This document shows, piece by piece, positions 7,858-17,936 of a stretch of DNA of 64,000 nt. This DNA comes from Candidatus Blackburnbacteria bacterium (GTDB lineage Bacteria; Patescibacteriota; Microgenomatia; UBA8517; UBA10165), in contig JACPEJ010000001.1 of NCBI GenBank assembly GCA_016183565.1, positions 293,241-357,240 of the forward strand, read 5' to 3'. Each line of letters starts with the position of its first letter. Position 1 is the stretch's first letter. The notes under the pieces were generated by a model. It ran no database searches. It was not told the origin of the DNA and saw only the letters and a list, made by a program, of their open reading frames with translations. A program made the translations under genes and the position numbers.

Positions 7858-9300
7858 GTGGCAAAAAGACTGGATAATTTGCGAGAAGTGCGTCTGGCTA
7901 AGCTCCAAAAAGCACAAGCACGAGGTATTAACCCTTATCCTGCGAGTTATAACAAAACTCATACTGTTTTGGATGCTCGCGAGGTTTTGGGAGAGATTGT
8001 TAGTGTTGCTGGTAGGGTTTGGGGGTGGAGGGAGCATGGAGCTTTTGTTTTTGCAGATATTAGGGATGAGACAGGACAGATGCAACTTTGGTTTCAGAAA
8101 GGTGTACTTGGAGAAGATTTTGAAACACTTGAGCTTTTTGATATAGGGGATTTTATTGGAGTAAAAGGAGAAGTTGTTAAGACGCAGGCTGGAGAGGTAA
8201 CTATTAATGTTTCAACTTTTGCGCTTTTGGCGAAAGGTCTTCGGCCGCTTCCGTCTTCTTGGTATGGTCTAAAAGATGTAGAAGAGCGGTATAGAAAAAG
8301 ATACTTGGATCTTCTTTTGAATCCTGAGGTTCGTGAGAGATTTAATGTACGGACAAAACTTGTTCGGGAAACAAGGAGATATTTGGATAATTTGGGCTAC
8401 TGGGAAGTTGAGACGCCTGTTCTTCAACCTCTTTACGGAGGTGCTAATGCTAAACCTTTTAAGACCCATGTTAATGTGCTAGATGAGGATTTTTATTTGC
8501 GAATAGCTCCGGAGCTTTATCTCAAGCGATTGATTGTTGGAGGGTATGAGAAGGTTTATGAAATTGCAAAAGATTTTCGAAACGAGGGTATGGATTTAAC
8601 CCACAATCCGGAATTTACAATGATTGAGTATTACGAAGCGTACGTAGATTATCGACGTATGATGCAGGTGACGGAGGGTTTGTTCAAGCAGCTTGCAAAA
8701 GTAATTTTTGATGATACTAAAATGCAGGTAGGAGAGCATATGGTAGATATTGGTAAAGAATGGAGAAAAATTACGATGGTTGAACTTATGAAGGAGCAAT
8801 TGGGTATTGATGTGGAGAGTGCCACAGAGGAAGAACTGGTAGAGTATTGCCGAAAAGAGGAGATTGCTCTTTTAGGAGGAGAGACTAGGGGGCAGCTTAT
8901 TTTTGTTATTTTTGAACACAAGATTCCGGGGAGTTTAATAGAGCCAACCTGGGTGTTGGATTATCCGAAGGATGTTAGTCCTTTGGCCAAGGATCATCCG
9001 GTAAAAGAGGGTTGGGTGGAAAGGTTTGAAGGTTATATAGGTGGTAAGGAAATTTGTGATGGATGGTCAGAGTTGACAAACCCTATTGAACAAAGGGCGC
9101 GATTTGAGCGAGATGTTAAAGCGGCGAGGAAAGATAGGGAAGAAGCGCAGTATACGGATGAGGATTTTTTGGAGGCTATGGAGTATGGGATGCCTCCTCT
9201 TGGGGGAATAGGGATAGGGATTGATAGATTATCTATGTTTTATACGAACACTTGGTCAGTTAAGGAACTTATTTTATTTCCTACAATGCGCAAAAGATAA
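7858..9300 (+). CDS. lysS: Lysyl-tRNA synthetase (class II)
   Basis: 480 aa; OB-fold anticodon-binding domain plus class II core with motifs 1-3. GTG start; TGgTATACT extended -10 at 7841..7849. Confidence 0.95.
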   Translation: MAKRLDNLREVRLAKLQKAQARGINPYPASYNKTHTVLDAREVLGEIVSVAGRVWGWREHGAFVFADIRDETGQMQLWFQKGVLGEDFETLELFDIGDFIGVKGEVVKTQAGEVTINVSTFALLAKGLRPLPSSWYGLKDVEERYRKRYLDLLLNPEVRERFNVRTKLVRETRRYLDNLGYWEVETPVLQPLYGGANAKPFKTHVNVLDEDFYLRIAPELYLKRLIVGGYEKVYEIAKDFRNEGMDLTHNPEFTMIEYYEAYVDYRRMMQVTEGLFKQLAKVIFDDTKMQVGEHMVDIGKEWRKITMVELMKEQLGIDVESATEEELVEYCRKEEIALLGGETRGQLIFVIFEHKIPGSLIEPTWVLDYPKDVSPLAKDHPVKEGWVERFEGYIGGKEICDGWSELTNPIEQRARFERDVKAARKDREEAQYTDEDFLEAMEYGMPPLGGIGIGIDRLSMFYTNTWSVKELILFPTMRKR

Positions 9301-9864
9301 ATGATTAGAGAAGAAGCTTTAAAAATTCTTCATGACAATATGCAGTTTGTTAATCTGCGTCGACATTGTTATGCAGTTGAAGCGGTTATGCGGGCATTAG
9401 CAGGGCGCTTGGGTGGAGATATGGCGAAGTGGGGAGTTGTTGGATTGTTACACGATGGAGATTACGAAAAAACCAAAGACACAGCAGGAGAACATACACT
9501 TTTGATGCATGAGTGGCTTAAAAATGCTGGTGAGACTGATGAGGAGATATTAAATGCAATTCTCTCTCATAATTATTCAGTTACAGGTAAAAGAGCGCCT
9601 GGTTCAAGAATGGAATGGGCGTTGTACTGTTGTGATGAGTTAACTGGATTTATTGTTGCTGTAGCTCTGGTCCGGCCAGACAGGAAATTGGCGTCTGTTA
9701 CTGTTGAGTCTATAATGAAAAAGTGGGATCAACTTGCGTTTGCAGCAGCAGTTGATAGAAAGCAAATAGAGATGTGTGAAGAAAAATTGGGCATACCTTT
9801 GCAGGAGTTTGTAGGGATTGCTTTAGGAGCTATGCAGGGCATAGCTAATGATTTGGGATTGTAG
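9301..9864 (+). CDS. HD-domain (HDIG-type) phosphohydrolase
   Basis: RHCYAVE (His) and LLHDGDYE (HD) motifs. Starts right after the lysS stop. Confidence 0.65.
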   Translation: MIREEALKILHDNMQFVNLRRHCYAVEAVMRALAGRLGGDMAKWGVVGLLHDGDYEKTKDTAGEHTLLMHEWLKNAGETDEEILNAILSHNYSVTGKRAPGSRMEWALYCCDELTGFIVAVALVRPDRKLASVTVESIMKKWDQLAFAAAVDRKQIEMCEEKLGIPLQEFVGIALGAMQGIANDLGL

Positions 9865-9875
9865 CATATATTTTT

Positions 9876-11126
9876 ATGATCGATATTAATCTTATTAGAG
9901 AGAATCCGGAAAAGGTAAAAGAAGGAGTTAGGAGAAAACAGTATGATCCTTCTGTTGTTGACTGTGTTTTAGAACTTGACAAGAGGAGGTTGGGTTTACT
10001 TCAACAGACTGAAGAGCTGCGTCGTGAGAGGAATGAGATTAGCAAGGAAAAATCTGAGGAAAACATAGCAAGAGGCAAGGAAATTAAGGCGAAACTTCAG
10101 GAGTTAGAACCGCAACTTAAGGTTTTAGAAGGGGAGTATGTTGAGGCTTTAGCTGAGGTGCCAAACTTGCCGTTTGAAGATGTTCGAGTTGGGAAAGGGG
10201 AAGAGGAAAATGTGGAAATTAGAAAGTGGGGAGAAGTTCCGCAGTTTTCTTTCAGTCCAAAAGATCACGTAGATCTAGGTCGGCAATTGGACATAATCGA
10301 CTTTGAGGCAGGAGCTAAGGTTGCCGGGTCTGGATTTTATTATTTGAAAAACGAGGGAGCTTTGCTAGAAGTAGCATTAGTGCAGTACGGCTTTCAATTT
10401 TTGGTTAAGAAAGGTTTTACACCAATTGTTACACCCGATCTTGCTAAAGAAAGGTTTTACTTGGGGACTGGATATCAACCCCATGGGGAAGAGGCGCAGA
10501 CCTTTACTGTAATAGACTCTGATTTGGGGTTGATAGCAACAGCAGAGATAACACTTGCTGGTTACCATGCTGATGAGGTTTTGAATAAAAAAGATTTACC
10601 AAGAAAATATGCGGGCTATTCTCATTGTTTTCGTCAAGAGGCAGGGGCGTATGGAAAGTACTCAAAGGGTCTTTATAGAGTGCACCAGTTTACTAAGGTA
10701 GAGATGTTTGCTTTTACAACCCTTTATGGATCGCAAAAGGTGCATGAGGAGTTTCTAGCTCTTGAAGAAGAATTTTGGAAGAGTTTAGAGATTCCTTATC
10801 GAGTGATTGAGATGTGTACGGGGGATTTGGGTGCACAAGCTGCTCGGAAGTATGATTTGGAAGCTTGGATGCCTGGACGGAAAGATTATGGTGAGGTTAC
10901 TTCGACTTCTAATACGACCGATTACCAAGCAAGAAACTTGGGTGTAAGATATCGCGATGGAGATGAGACAGAGTATGTGCATACACTAAACGGAACTCTT
11001 GTTGCGACATCCCGTGCAATAATCGCGATTCTTGAAAACTACCAGCAAGAAGATGGATCTGTTGTTGTTCCTGAAGCTCTTCGCCAGTATATAGGTAAGG
11101 ATAAAATTATTCTACCTTCTGCTTGA
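9876..11126 (+). CDS. serS: Seryl-tRNA synthetase
   Basis: 416 aa; N-terminal coiled-coil arm plus class II catalytic core. Confidence 0.95.
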   Translation: MIDINLIRENPEKVKEGVRRKQYDPSVVDCVLELDKRRLGLLQQTEELRRERNEISKEKSEENIARGKEIKAKLQELEPQLKVLEGEYVEALAEVPNLPFEDVRVGKGEEENVEIRKWGEVPQFSFSPKDHVDLGRQLDIIDFEAGAKVAGSGFYYLKNEGALLEVALVQYGFQFLVKKGFTPIVTPDLAKERFYLGTGYQPHGEEAQTFTVIDSDLGLIATAEITLAGYHADEVLNKKDLPRKYAGYSHCFRQEAGAYGKYSKGLYRVHQFTKVEMFAFTTLYGSQKVHEEFLALEEEFWKSLEIPYRVIEMCTGDLGAQAARKYDLEAWMPGRKDYGEVTSTSNTTDYQARNLGVRYRDGDETEYVHTLNGTLVATSRAIIAILENYQQEDGSVVVPEALRQYIGKDKIILPSA

Positions 11127-12387
11127 GTTTGTTGGTGATGTATTTTTTACCTTTCAGTTTTTCTGGCAAGTAATTTATTTCAGATTTCTTTTCCCCAGTT
11201 GGGCTGTGGTAATAGTCATAATTTTTGCCGTATCCTAGTTCTTTCATAAGTTTTGTGGGAGTATTTCTTATATGCATGGGTACTGGTAAGTTACCATGCT
11301 GATGGACATCTGCTGCGGCTTGGTTGTATGCCATGTATAAAGCATTTGATTTAGGCGCTTTAGCCAAATAAACAACCGCTTGGGCTAAAATTACATTACA
11401 TTCCGGCATTCCGATTTTGTTGCACGACTCAAAAGCTGTGTTTGTTATCGCAAGTGCTTGAGGATCAGCAAGCCCAATGTCTTCCGCAGCAGCGCGTATA
11501 AGTCTCCGTGCAATATACAGAGGATCTTGTCCTGCTTCTAACATTCGGGCAAGCCAGTAAAGAGCAGCATCCGGGTCGGAACCGCGAATAGATTTGTGCA
11601 ATGCAGAGATTGTGTTGTAGAACTCTTCTCCTTGTAGGTCAAAAGATAGCTGTCTTTTCTGTAAAGCTTGTTCAAGTGTGGTAAGAGAAATTGGAGAACT
11701 GGGGGAAATTTGGACAGAAATTTCAAGGACATTGAGCATAACCCGAGCGTCGCCGTTTGAAGATCCAATTAAAAAGTTGTGTGCGTTTTCTTCGAGGGTA
11801 ACTTCTAGGTGTTTAGTCGCACGACTTAGAATGTTTTCTAAGTCTTCTGTGGAATGCTGATTTAAAACTAAAACACGGGTTCGAGATAAAAGTGGACCAA
11901 TAACTTCAAAGGAGGGGTTTTCTGTTGTTGCCCCAATAAATATCAAGTTTCCTTTTTCAATATGAGGAAGTAATTTATCTTGTTGAGCTTTGTTGAATCT
12001 ATGGATTTCGTCAATGAAAATCAGTGGTGGCTGCAGGACGCTTGTTGGGGAAGTAGGAGAAGAGAGCATTTCTAATTGGGGAGATGGATACCCTCGGACA
12101 GTGGGATGTTGGGGGCGCGGAATCACATTTTCGATTTCCTTGGTTGATGTATTGACCGCTGAGAATTCGTAAAAGGTTGTGCCTAGTTCTTTTGCAATAA
12201 GGCGTGCAAGAGTTGTTTTCCCTGTGCCAGGAGGACCCCAGAAAATTAGGGAAGGGAAACTGCCTGTTTTTTTTGCGTGATTTAGGAGTTTTGAGATGAT
12301 TGCATTTTTGCCTACTAGGTGCTCTTGGCCTGCATACTCGGAAAGAGTTTTTGGACGTAGTTGTTCTGCTAGGGGTGCTTGTGTCAT
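11107..12387 (-). CDS. rarA: Replication-associated recombination protein A (RarA/MgsA AAA+ ATPase)
   Basis: Walker [10 protein letters not shown], Walker [16 protein letters not shown], conserved C-terminal MgsA domains. About 30-aa Pro/Ser/Thr-rich insertion between Walker A and Walker B. Confidence 0.9.
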   Translation of the reverse strand: MTQAPLAEQLRPKTLSEYAGQEHLVGKNAIISKLLNHAKKTGSFPSLIFWGPPGTGKTTLARLIAKELGTTFYEFSAVNTSTKEIENVIPRPQHPTVRGYPSPQLEMLSSPTSPTSVLQPPLIFIDEIHRFNKAQQDKLLPHIEKGNLIFIGATTENPSFEVIGPLLSRTRVLVLNQHSTEDLENILSRATKHLEVTLEENAHNFLIGSSNGDARVMLNVLEISVQISPSSPISLTTLEQALQKRQLSFDLQGEEFYNTISALHKSIRGSDPDAALYWLARMLEAGQDPLYIARRLIRAAAEDIGLADPQALAITNTAFESCNKIGMPECNVILAQAVVYLAKAPKSNALYMAYNQAAADVHQHGNLPVPMHIRNTPTKLMKELGYGKNYDYYHSPTGEKKSEINYLPEKLKGKKYITNKLKQKVE

Positions 12388-12461
12388 ATTTATATTGTAT
12401 ACCCCAAGAAAAGGCGAAGCAATGCCAGCTGTTTATGATTTTGTGGTAAACTCAAAGACGT

Positions 12462-13091
12462 ATGTCTTTGTTTTTTAAAGTTTTAGAAGAAATTGATTCG
12501 CCTTATAACGGTAATATAAGAGTAGTAAGCAACCTTGAGGGGGTTAGGATTTTAGTGGGAGGGATTTCGCAAAGCGGGTGGCTTGTAAGGAAAATTTGGC
12601 AGGCAGCCATAAGGAGGATAGCCAAAGAGAAGGAGAGTGTTGGTAGGGTTCTTGTACTTGGATTAGGGGGTGGTTCGGTTGCAGAGCTTGTGCAAAGACA
12701 GTGGCCTAAGTCGAAAAAGGTGGGGATTGATATTGACGGGACGATGGTTGAATTAGGAAAGAAGTATTTGGGGTTGGGAGAGGTTCAAAACTTGAAGGCA
12801 GAGATATTGGATGCAAGGAAGTGGTTGCGAGATAACAAGAACAAGAAGTTTGATCTTGTGCTGGTGGATATTTATAAAGGTGAAGATATTCCACAGGAGT
12901 TTAGGAAAGAAGGTTTTATAAGAGATGTTTTGAGGGTGTTAAAGAAAGACGGTATAGCTGCTTTTAATCACCTTTATTCAGCTAGGGAACGCAGGGGTGC
13001 GAATGAGTTTTCGCAAAAGTTGCATCATGTTTTTCCTTCTGTTACGGTAGTTACCCCAGAAGCAAATATTATCTTCCTCTGTCGTAGTTAA
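12462..13091 (+). CDS. Spermidine-synthase-family (polyamine aminopropyltransferase-like) methyltransferase-fold protein
   Basis: VLVLGLGGGSVAELV ... VGIDIDGTMVELGKKYL ... FDLVLVDIY pattern of the spermidine synthase family. Confidence 0.5.
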   Translation: MSLFFKVLEEIDSPYNGNIRVVSNLEGVRILVGGISQSGWLVRKIWQAAIRRIAKEKESVGRVLVLGLGGGSVAELVQRQWPKSKKVGIDIDGTMVELGKKYLGLGEVQNLKAEILDARKWLRDNKNKKFDLVLVDIYKGEDIPQEFRKEGFIRDVLRVLKKDGIAAFNHLYSARERRGANEFSQKLHHVFPSVTVVTPEANIIFLCRS

Positions 13092-13259
13092 AAAGATCGC
13101 ACTTTAAGGTATTTTGTTCCACCAATCATTTTAGGATCATTAAAGGTCAAAAAGGAACAAATATTATCAGACTAGTACTTTGATTGCTATTTCAATGGCC
13201 TATTACTTACGGACTGATTTGTCGCCCCGTTTGAGCTACTTTTGCCTCGGTGTTTTTTG

Positions 13260-13289
13260 TTGACATGAATTTCGAATAACTCGTTAAAT
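13260..13289 (+). promoter_or_regulatory. Sigma70-like promoter (TTGACA-N18-TTAAAT) upstream of the 26-aa basic peptide gene
   Basis: Seen in sequence. Confidence 0.35.
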
Positions 13290-13313
13290 GAATATGGAAA
13301 GGAGGATTGTTTA

Positions 13314-13394
13314 ATGCCTGCACGAAAGAAGCGCGCAACACGAAAGCGCACAACAACAAAAAAGAGAGCAACAACACGACGAAAGAGAAGATAA
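13314..13394 (+). CDS. 26-aa ultra-basic peptide (MPARKKRATRKRTTTKKRATTRRKRR); bS22-like ribosome-associated or protamine-like small protein candidate
   Basis: Not in the ORF track (under 60 aa). GGAGG RBS 8 nt upstream of the ATG. Own promoter upstream; strong intrinsic terminator follows at 13451..13482. Confidence 0.5.
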   Translation: MPARKKRATRKRTTTKKRATTRRKRR

Positions 13395-13450
13395 AGAGAT
13401 TTAGTCTTTTTCTTTCGTACACTCAAAAATATTTTTAGAGTGTTGTTTTT

Positions 13451-13482
13451 AGTGCCCGCAGAAAAGCGGGCACTAAGTTTTT
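13451..13482 (+). terminator. Rho-independent terminator (AGTGCCCGC-AGAAAA-GCGGGCACT followed by AAGTTTTT)
   Basis: 9-bp GC-rich stem plus T-tract, seen directly. The T-tract is on the plus strand only. Confidence 0.6.
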
Positions 13483-13504
13483 AAAAACAAGGTATAATTG
13501 GAGG

Positions 13505-16231
13505 ATGTTAAACATATTTTTTAGTGCATTTGACGCGAACAAAAGAGAAGTAGATCGGCTTACAGTAGTTCTTGAAAAAATAAACAGTTTTTCAAGCAAG
13601 GCTGAGGAGCTCAAAGGAGAGGATTTTTTGGAAAAAACTCAGGAGTTTAGGAGAAGGATTCAGAAAGGGGAAGTCTTAGAGGAGATTTTACCGGAGGTGT
13701 TTGCGGTGGGGCGTGAGGCGTCGTGGAAGGCTATTGGTCTTAGGCATTATGATACTCAGCTTATTGCAGGTGTTGCACTATCGCAAGGGAAGATAGCTGA
13801 GCAAAGAACCGGGGAGGGTAAGACGTTGTCGGCAATACTTCCTTTGTATTTACATGCGTTGACGGGTAAGAATGTGCATCTTGTTACTGTAAATGATTAC
13901 CTTGCAAGATTGGGAGCCGGGTGGAACGGCCCTGTGTTTAGTTTGCTTGGGATTTCTGTGGGGATAATAGTCCAAGAGGGAAAATCCTTTTTATATGATC
14001 CTGGTTACACGGACGACTCACACGGAGATGAACGTTTAGCACATCTCCGTCCTGTAGAAAGGCAAGAAGCGTACAAAGCAGACATTGTTTATGGAACTAA
14101 TAATGAATTTGGTTTTGATTATCTTCGTGACAATATGGTTTCGGATCTTTCGCAAATGGCTCAACGGGGTCATTACTATGCGATTGTTGATGAAGTTGAC
14201 TCGGTTTTGATTGATGAGGCTCGTACTCCTTTGATAATTTCTGCGCCAGACACTGAGCCTACTGATAAGTATTATAAATTTGCAGAGATTATAAATAGGT
14301 TGTCTTCTGATACAGATTACGTGATTGACGAGAAACTAAAAACTGCGAATTTAACAGAGCATGGAGTTACAAAGGTAGAAAAGATTCTTGGGGTAGATAA
14401 TCTTTATGAAAAAGATTTTGATGTTATCCACCATATTGAGAATGCATTGCGAGCAAGAACCTTATTTCTTATAGATAGGGACTATGTAGTTAAGGATGAT
14501 CAAGTTACTATAGTTGATGAATTTACAGGTAGGTTGATGTTTGGTCGACGCTGGAGTGATGGATTGCACCAGGCTGTTGAGGCAAAGGAAGGTGTTTCTA
14601 TACAACAGGAGAGTAAGACTCTTGCAACCATATCGTTTCAAAATTACTTTAGGATGTACGAGAAATTAGCAGGAATGACTGGTACTGCAGCAACTGAGGC
14701 AGAAGAATTTCACAAGATATATGGGTTAGATGTTGTAGTAGTTCCCACTTACAAACCGGTGGTTAGAAGAGATTATCCTGATGTTATATATAAGACTACT
14801 GGGGCTAAATATTCTGCGATCGTTGATGAAATAATTGAAGTTATAAAACTTGGTAGACCTGTCTTGGTGGGTACCACCTCTATTGAGAAAAATGAGATAG
14901 TTTCTAGTTTCTTAAAGAAAAAAGGTATTCGCCACAACGTACTTAATGCTAAGAATCACGAGAGAGAGGCCTTGATTATTGCGGAGGCGGGAGAGCCGGG
15001 TGCTGTAACAGTTGCTACAAATATGGCAGGTCGCGGGGTGGATATTATACTTGGTGGTGCAAAGCCGGATGTTCCTCCTGGAGTAGATCGAGAAAGGTAT
15101 AAAGAGAGTAAGGAGTATAAACAGTGGGAGAGTGATCATGAAAGTGTTGTTAGTAGAGGAGGCTTGCATGTTATTGGAACAGAGAGACATGAATCAAGAA
15201 GAATAGACAATCAACTTCGGGGAAGATCAGGTCGACTTGGTGATACTGGTTCTAGTAAGTTTTTCTTAGCACTTGATGATGATTTAATGCGAATATTTGG
15301 TGGAGAAAAAATTGCATCTCTTATGACTACCCTTCAGATACCGGAAGATCAACCTATAGAAAACGGTTTAATAACTCGAGCGATTCAACAAGCGCAAGTT
15401 AAAGTTGAGACTTTTCATTTTGATGCTAGAAAAAGGGTTGTAGAATATGACGACGTTGCTAACCAACAGCGTGAGATTATCTATAAACTTAGGAAGCAAG
15501 TATTAGAGGAGGAAAACTTTAAGGATAAAGTTGAAGGTAAACTGGAGGAACAAGTAAAAGGAGTAGTTAACCTTGTTTATTCAAACAAAGAGGATAAAAT
15601 AGGTAACGAACAACTTCTTTTGATGTTTTTGGAAATAGTTCCTTTTGATGATCAGTCTCATAAGTCATTGCTTCAGCAACTTGACCAGATTACGAGTGAA
15701 CAAAAAGCAGAGAAGTTCTTACTTCAATTAATTAAACAAGCGTATGAGTCGCGAGAGAAACAATTGGGATCTAACTGGATGCGACAAGTTGAAAGGTTTG
15801 CATATCTTTCAGCGATTGATTCGTTGTGGATTGAGCACTTGACTAATCTTGATGATTTAAGAGAAGGGGTGGGGTTGCGTGGATATGGCCAGAAAGATCC
15901 TCTTGTAGAGTTTAAAAATGAAGCGTTCGAATTGTTTGATAAGTTGATGGTGGATATTGATGCTGGCTTGGCTCGTAGGTTGTTTAGGATTGTTCCCGCA
16001 AATACTGCTTCTCCTACGATAGGTATTGATGAAGCGCAAACAAATATGGATACTGCGGATGACACGGGTTTGATGGAGACTCCTATCACGAAGACACTTT
16101 CGAAGAATAGTAATAATCAACAATCGAAAAAATTGGGTAGGAATGATCCTTGTTGGTGTGGGAGAAAAGATGCGAGTGGAAAGCCTATCAAGTGGAAGAA
16201 GTGTCATTATCCACAACTATCTTCTGGGTAA
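13505..16231 (+). CDS. secA: Preprotein translocase ATPase SecA
   Basis: 908 aa; DEAD-like motor domains and C-terminal zinc-binding CWCGRKDASGKPIKWKKCH. Confidence 0.97.
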   Translation: MLNIFFSAFDANKREVDRLTVVLEKINSFSSKAEELKGEDFLEKTQEFRRRIQKGEVLEEILPEVFAVGREASWKAIGLRHYDTQLIAGVALSQGKIAEQRTGEGKTLSAILPLYLHALTGKNVHLVTVNDYLARLGAGWNGPVFSLLGISVGIIVQEGKSFLYDPGYTDDSHGDERLAHLRPVERQEAYKADIVYGTNNEFGFDYLRDNMVSDLSQMAQRGHYYAIVDEVDSVLIDEARTPLIISAPDTEPTDKYYKFAEIINRLSSDTDYVIDEKLKTANLTEHGVTKVEKILGVDNLYEKDFDVIHHIENALRARTLFLIDRDYVVKDDQVTIVDEFTGRLMFGRRWSDGLHQAVEAKEGVSIQQESKTLATISFQNYFRMYEKLAGMTGTAATEAEEFHKIYGLDVVVVPTYKPVVRRDYPDVIYKTTGAKYSAIVDEIIEVIKLGRPVLVGTTSIEKNEIVSSFLKKKGIRHNVLNAKNHEREALIIAEAGEPGAVTVATNMAGRGVDIILGGAKPDVPPGVDRERYKESKEYKQWESDHESVVSRGGLHVIGTERHESRRIDNQLRGRSGRLGDTGSSKFFLALDDDLMRIFGGEKIASLMTTLQIPEDQPIENGLITRAIQQAQVKVETFHFDARKRVVEYDDVANQQREIIYKLRKQVLEEENFKDKVEGKLEEQVKGVVNLVYSNKEDKIGNEQLLLMFLEIVPFDDQSHKSLLQQLDQITSEQKAEKFLLQLIKQAYESREKQLGSNWMRQVERFAYLSAIDSLWIEHLTNLDDLREGVGLRGYGQKDPLVEFKNEAFELFDKLMVDIDAGLARRLFRIVPANTASPTIGIDEAQTNMDTADDTGLMETPITKTLSKNSNNQQSKKLGRNDPCWCGRKDASGKPIKWKKCHYPQLSSG

Positions 16232-16233
16232 TT

Positions 16234-16261
16234 TCCTACACTCCTACGTAGGAGTGTAGGA
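16234..16261. repeat. Perfect 28-nt palindrome (TCCTACACTCCTAC|GTAGGAGTGTAGGA) 3 nt after the secA stop; possible terminator or protein-binding site
   Basis: Seen in sequence. No clear T-tract on either side. Confidence 0.4.
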
Positions 16262-16393
16262 TAAGATTTATACGTAGCTGAAGACAAATTCCGATTTGTT
16301 TTATGACCTTGTGATTAATACGCAGGAATTGAATCCGCGAGCTGTTGCCCAAAGGGTGAAAGAGAAGGTTGATCAGCTTCTCTCATTCTAATG

Positions 16394-17929
16394 TTATATT
16401 TTCTGGCGTTTTTGAACAGTTACGGTTCCAAAGCTTTTTTCTTCTTCGATCCGTGTAAAGTAATTCTCCTCTTCAAAGAATTTTTCTATGGTTTGGTTTC
16501 TTATGCCAACAGTGGGCTCGATGATTAGAAATTGTGTTGAGGGCAAGGAAGATCTATTGTCTATAACAGGAATGTTTCCTGGGTACCCTTTTGCAACAGG
16601 TCCTATCCATAGTGGTAGTTTGCCGTATTTTTTATTCCCATACCATTCAAAAATGTAACTCCAGGTAGTATTTATATTAAACGGTATTGTTAAGCTGCGG
16701 ACGGCAAATGGTTCTCCTTTAGTATTTGTATAGATGTAATCTAACGCTTGTTTTTCGGAGGATAAAAGCATGCCGGGTTGAATAACTATATCGGAGTTTG
16801 GTCCTTTGTGGTTTATGGTTGATATTAGGTAAATATTGTTAACAATGATACCTATGGTAATTGTTAATGCAACTATTGAATATCTTTTGTAAAGCTTGTG
16901 GATTAGGTAGGCTGCCAACAAAAACAAGCTGACTGATGCAGCGGCGCTGTAATAGTAACTAGGGGTGCCAGATAGAAAATATGGGAGTAGTCCTCCTAAG
17001 AGCCAAATACATAGAAATGCCAGTTTTTTCCTAGTTTCTTTTTTGAAAAGAAGAAGACTAGCAGAGACTATAAGGAGGATACCTGGAATAAAAGTTAATG
17101 AGAAATTTGCGAGAAAACTGTCATGTAAAAATCGGTTTGTTGTAAAAATAATGGAACTAGGGTATATATCTGGACCGGATGTATTGCTTGTGGTGAACTT
17201 TGTTAGAAACCCTGAAAATAGTTCTAAGGTAAGGCGAAAATCAAATTTTATTTCAGACAAGATATATGTACTTACTGTTGTTAGAAAAGTGAATACTGAG
17301 ATGATGATGATTTTGTGGTTAATTCTTGGGAGCTTATGACGGAAAAGCAGAGCGAGGAGAAAGAGGCCTACTCCCAGAAGAATGTATACGTAGTGAAACT
17401 GTATTGATGTTCCCCAACCGAGGGTTGTTAAGATTAGACCTCGTTTGTCTTTTTTAAAAAATAGTAAATTTAAACCGAGATAAAATATTAGTACCGGAAT
17501 GACTGCCAATGGTTGGTGGCTAATAAAAAGAGAATACTGTGATTGTTCATATGAGACTGCAAAAAACAAAGCAGTTATTAAACCAATGTATCGGTTGAAC
17601 ATTAAGGAGCCAATAAGAAAGACCAGGAATATTCCTAATGCATTAAAGATTCGCAGGAATGCTGCTACTATCTCCGGGCTGTTTCCTCCGAGCCAGTATA
17701 GTGGTGCATAAACGTAAAAGATTAATGGACCAGGAAAGAGTTTGTCGCTTGCTGCAGAGGGAGGGCCGACTATCTTAAAATCTCCTTTTAAGATTTCTAG
17801 AGATGTGAAAGAATCACGTGCTTGGTCATACGCGAAGTAAATATTTTGGGGGAAGTACAAAAAGCGGATTATCAATCCAATGAAGAAAATTAGAAATATT
17901 AATTTGTTGTTTCTTGGGAAGTTTCTCAT
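16394..17929 (-). CDS. GT-C glycosyltransferase, GT39/PMT/ArnT-like polytopic membrane protein; paralog of 62064..63602
   Basis: 511 aa. N-terminal FxYDQARD...GPP...GPL motif shared with 38488, 41071 and 62064. Full-length similarity to 62064..63602, including C-terminal IEPT.G.R motifs. Confidence 0.75.
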   Translation of the reverse strand: MRNFPRNNKLIFLIFFIGLIIRFLYFPQNIYFAYDQARDSFTSLEILKGDFKIVGPPSAASDKLFPGPLIFYVYAPLYWLGGNSPEIVAAFLRIFNALGIFLVFLIGSLMFNRYIGLITALFFAVSYEQSQYSLFISHQPLAVIPVLIFYLGLNLLFFKKDKRGLILTTLGWGTSIQFHYVYILLGVGLFLLALLFRHKLPRINHKIIIISVFTFLTTVSTYILSEIKFDFRLTLELFSGFLTKFTTSNTSGPDIYPSSIIFTTNRFLHDSFLANFSLTFIPGILLIVSASLLLFKKETRKKLAFLCIWLLGGLLPYFLSGTPSYYYSAAASVSLFLLAAYLIHKLYKRYSIVALTITIGIIVNNIYLISTINHKGPNSDIVIQPGMLLSSEKQALDYIYTNTKGEPFAVRSLTIPFNINTTWSYIFEWYGNKKYGKLPLWIGPVAKGYPGNIPVIDNRSSLPSTQFLIIEPTVGIRNQTIEKFFEEENYFTRIEEEKSFGTVTVQKRQKI

Positions 17930-17936
17930 TCTGTTG

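Noticed and set aside
13187-13426. Two overlapping minus-strand ORFs (79 and 71 aa)
   Set aside because: Antisense to the small basic peptide gene and its promoter, which has RBS, promoter and terminator in the plus orientation. The minus-strand translation is the low-complexity complement (F/V-rich).
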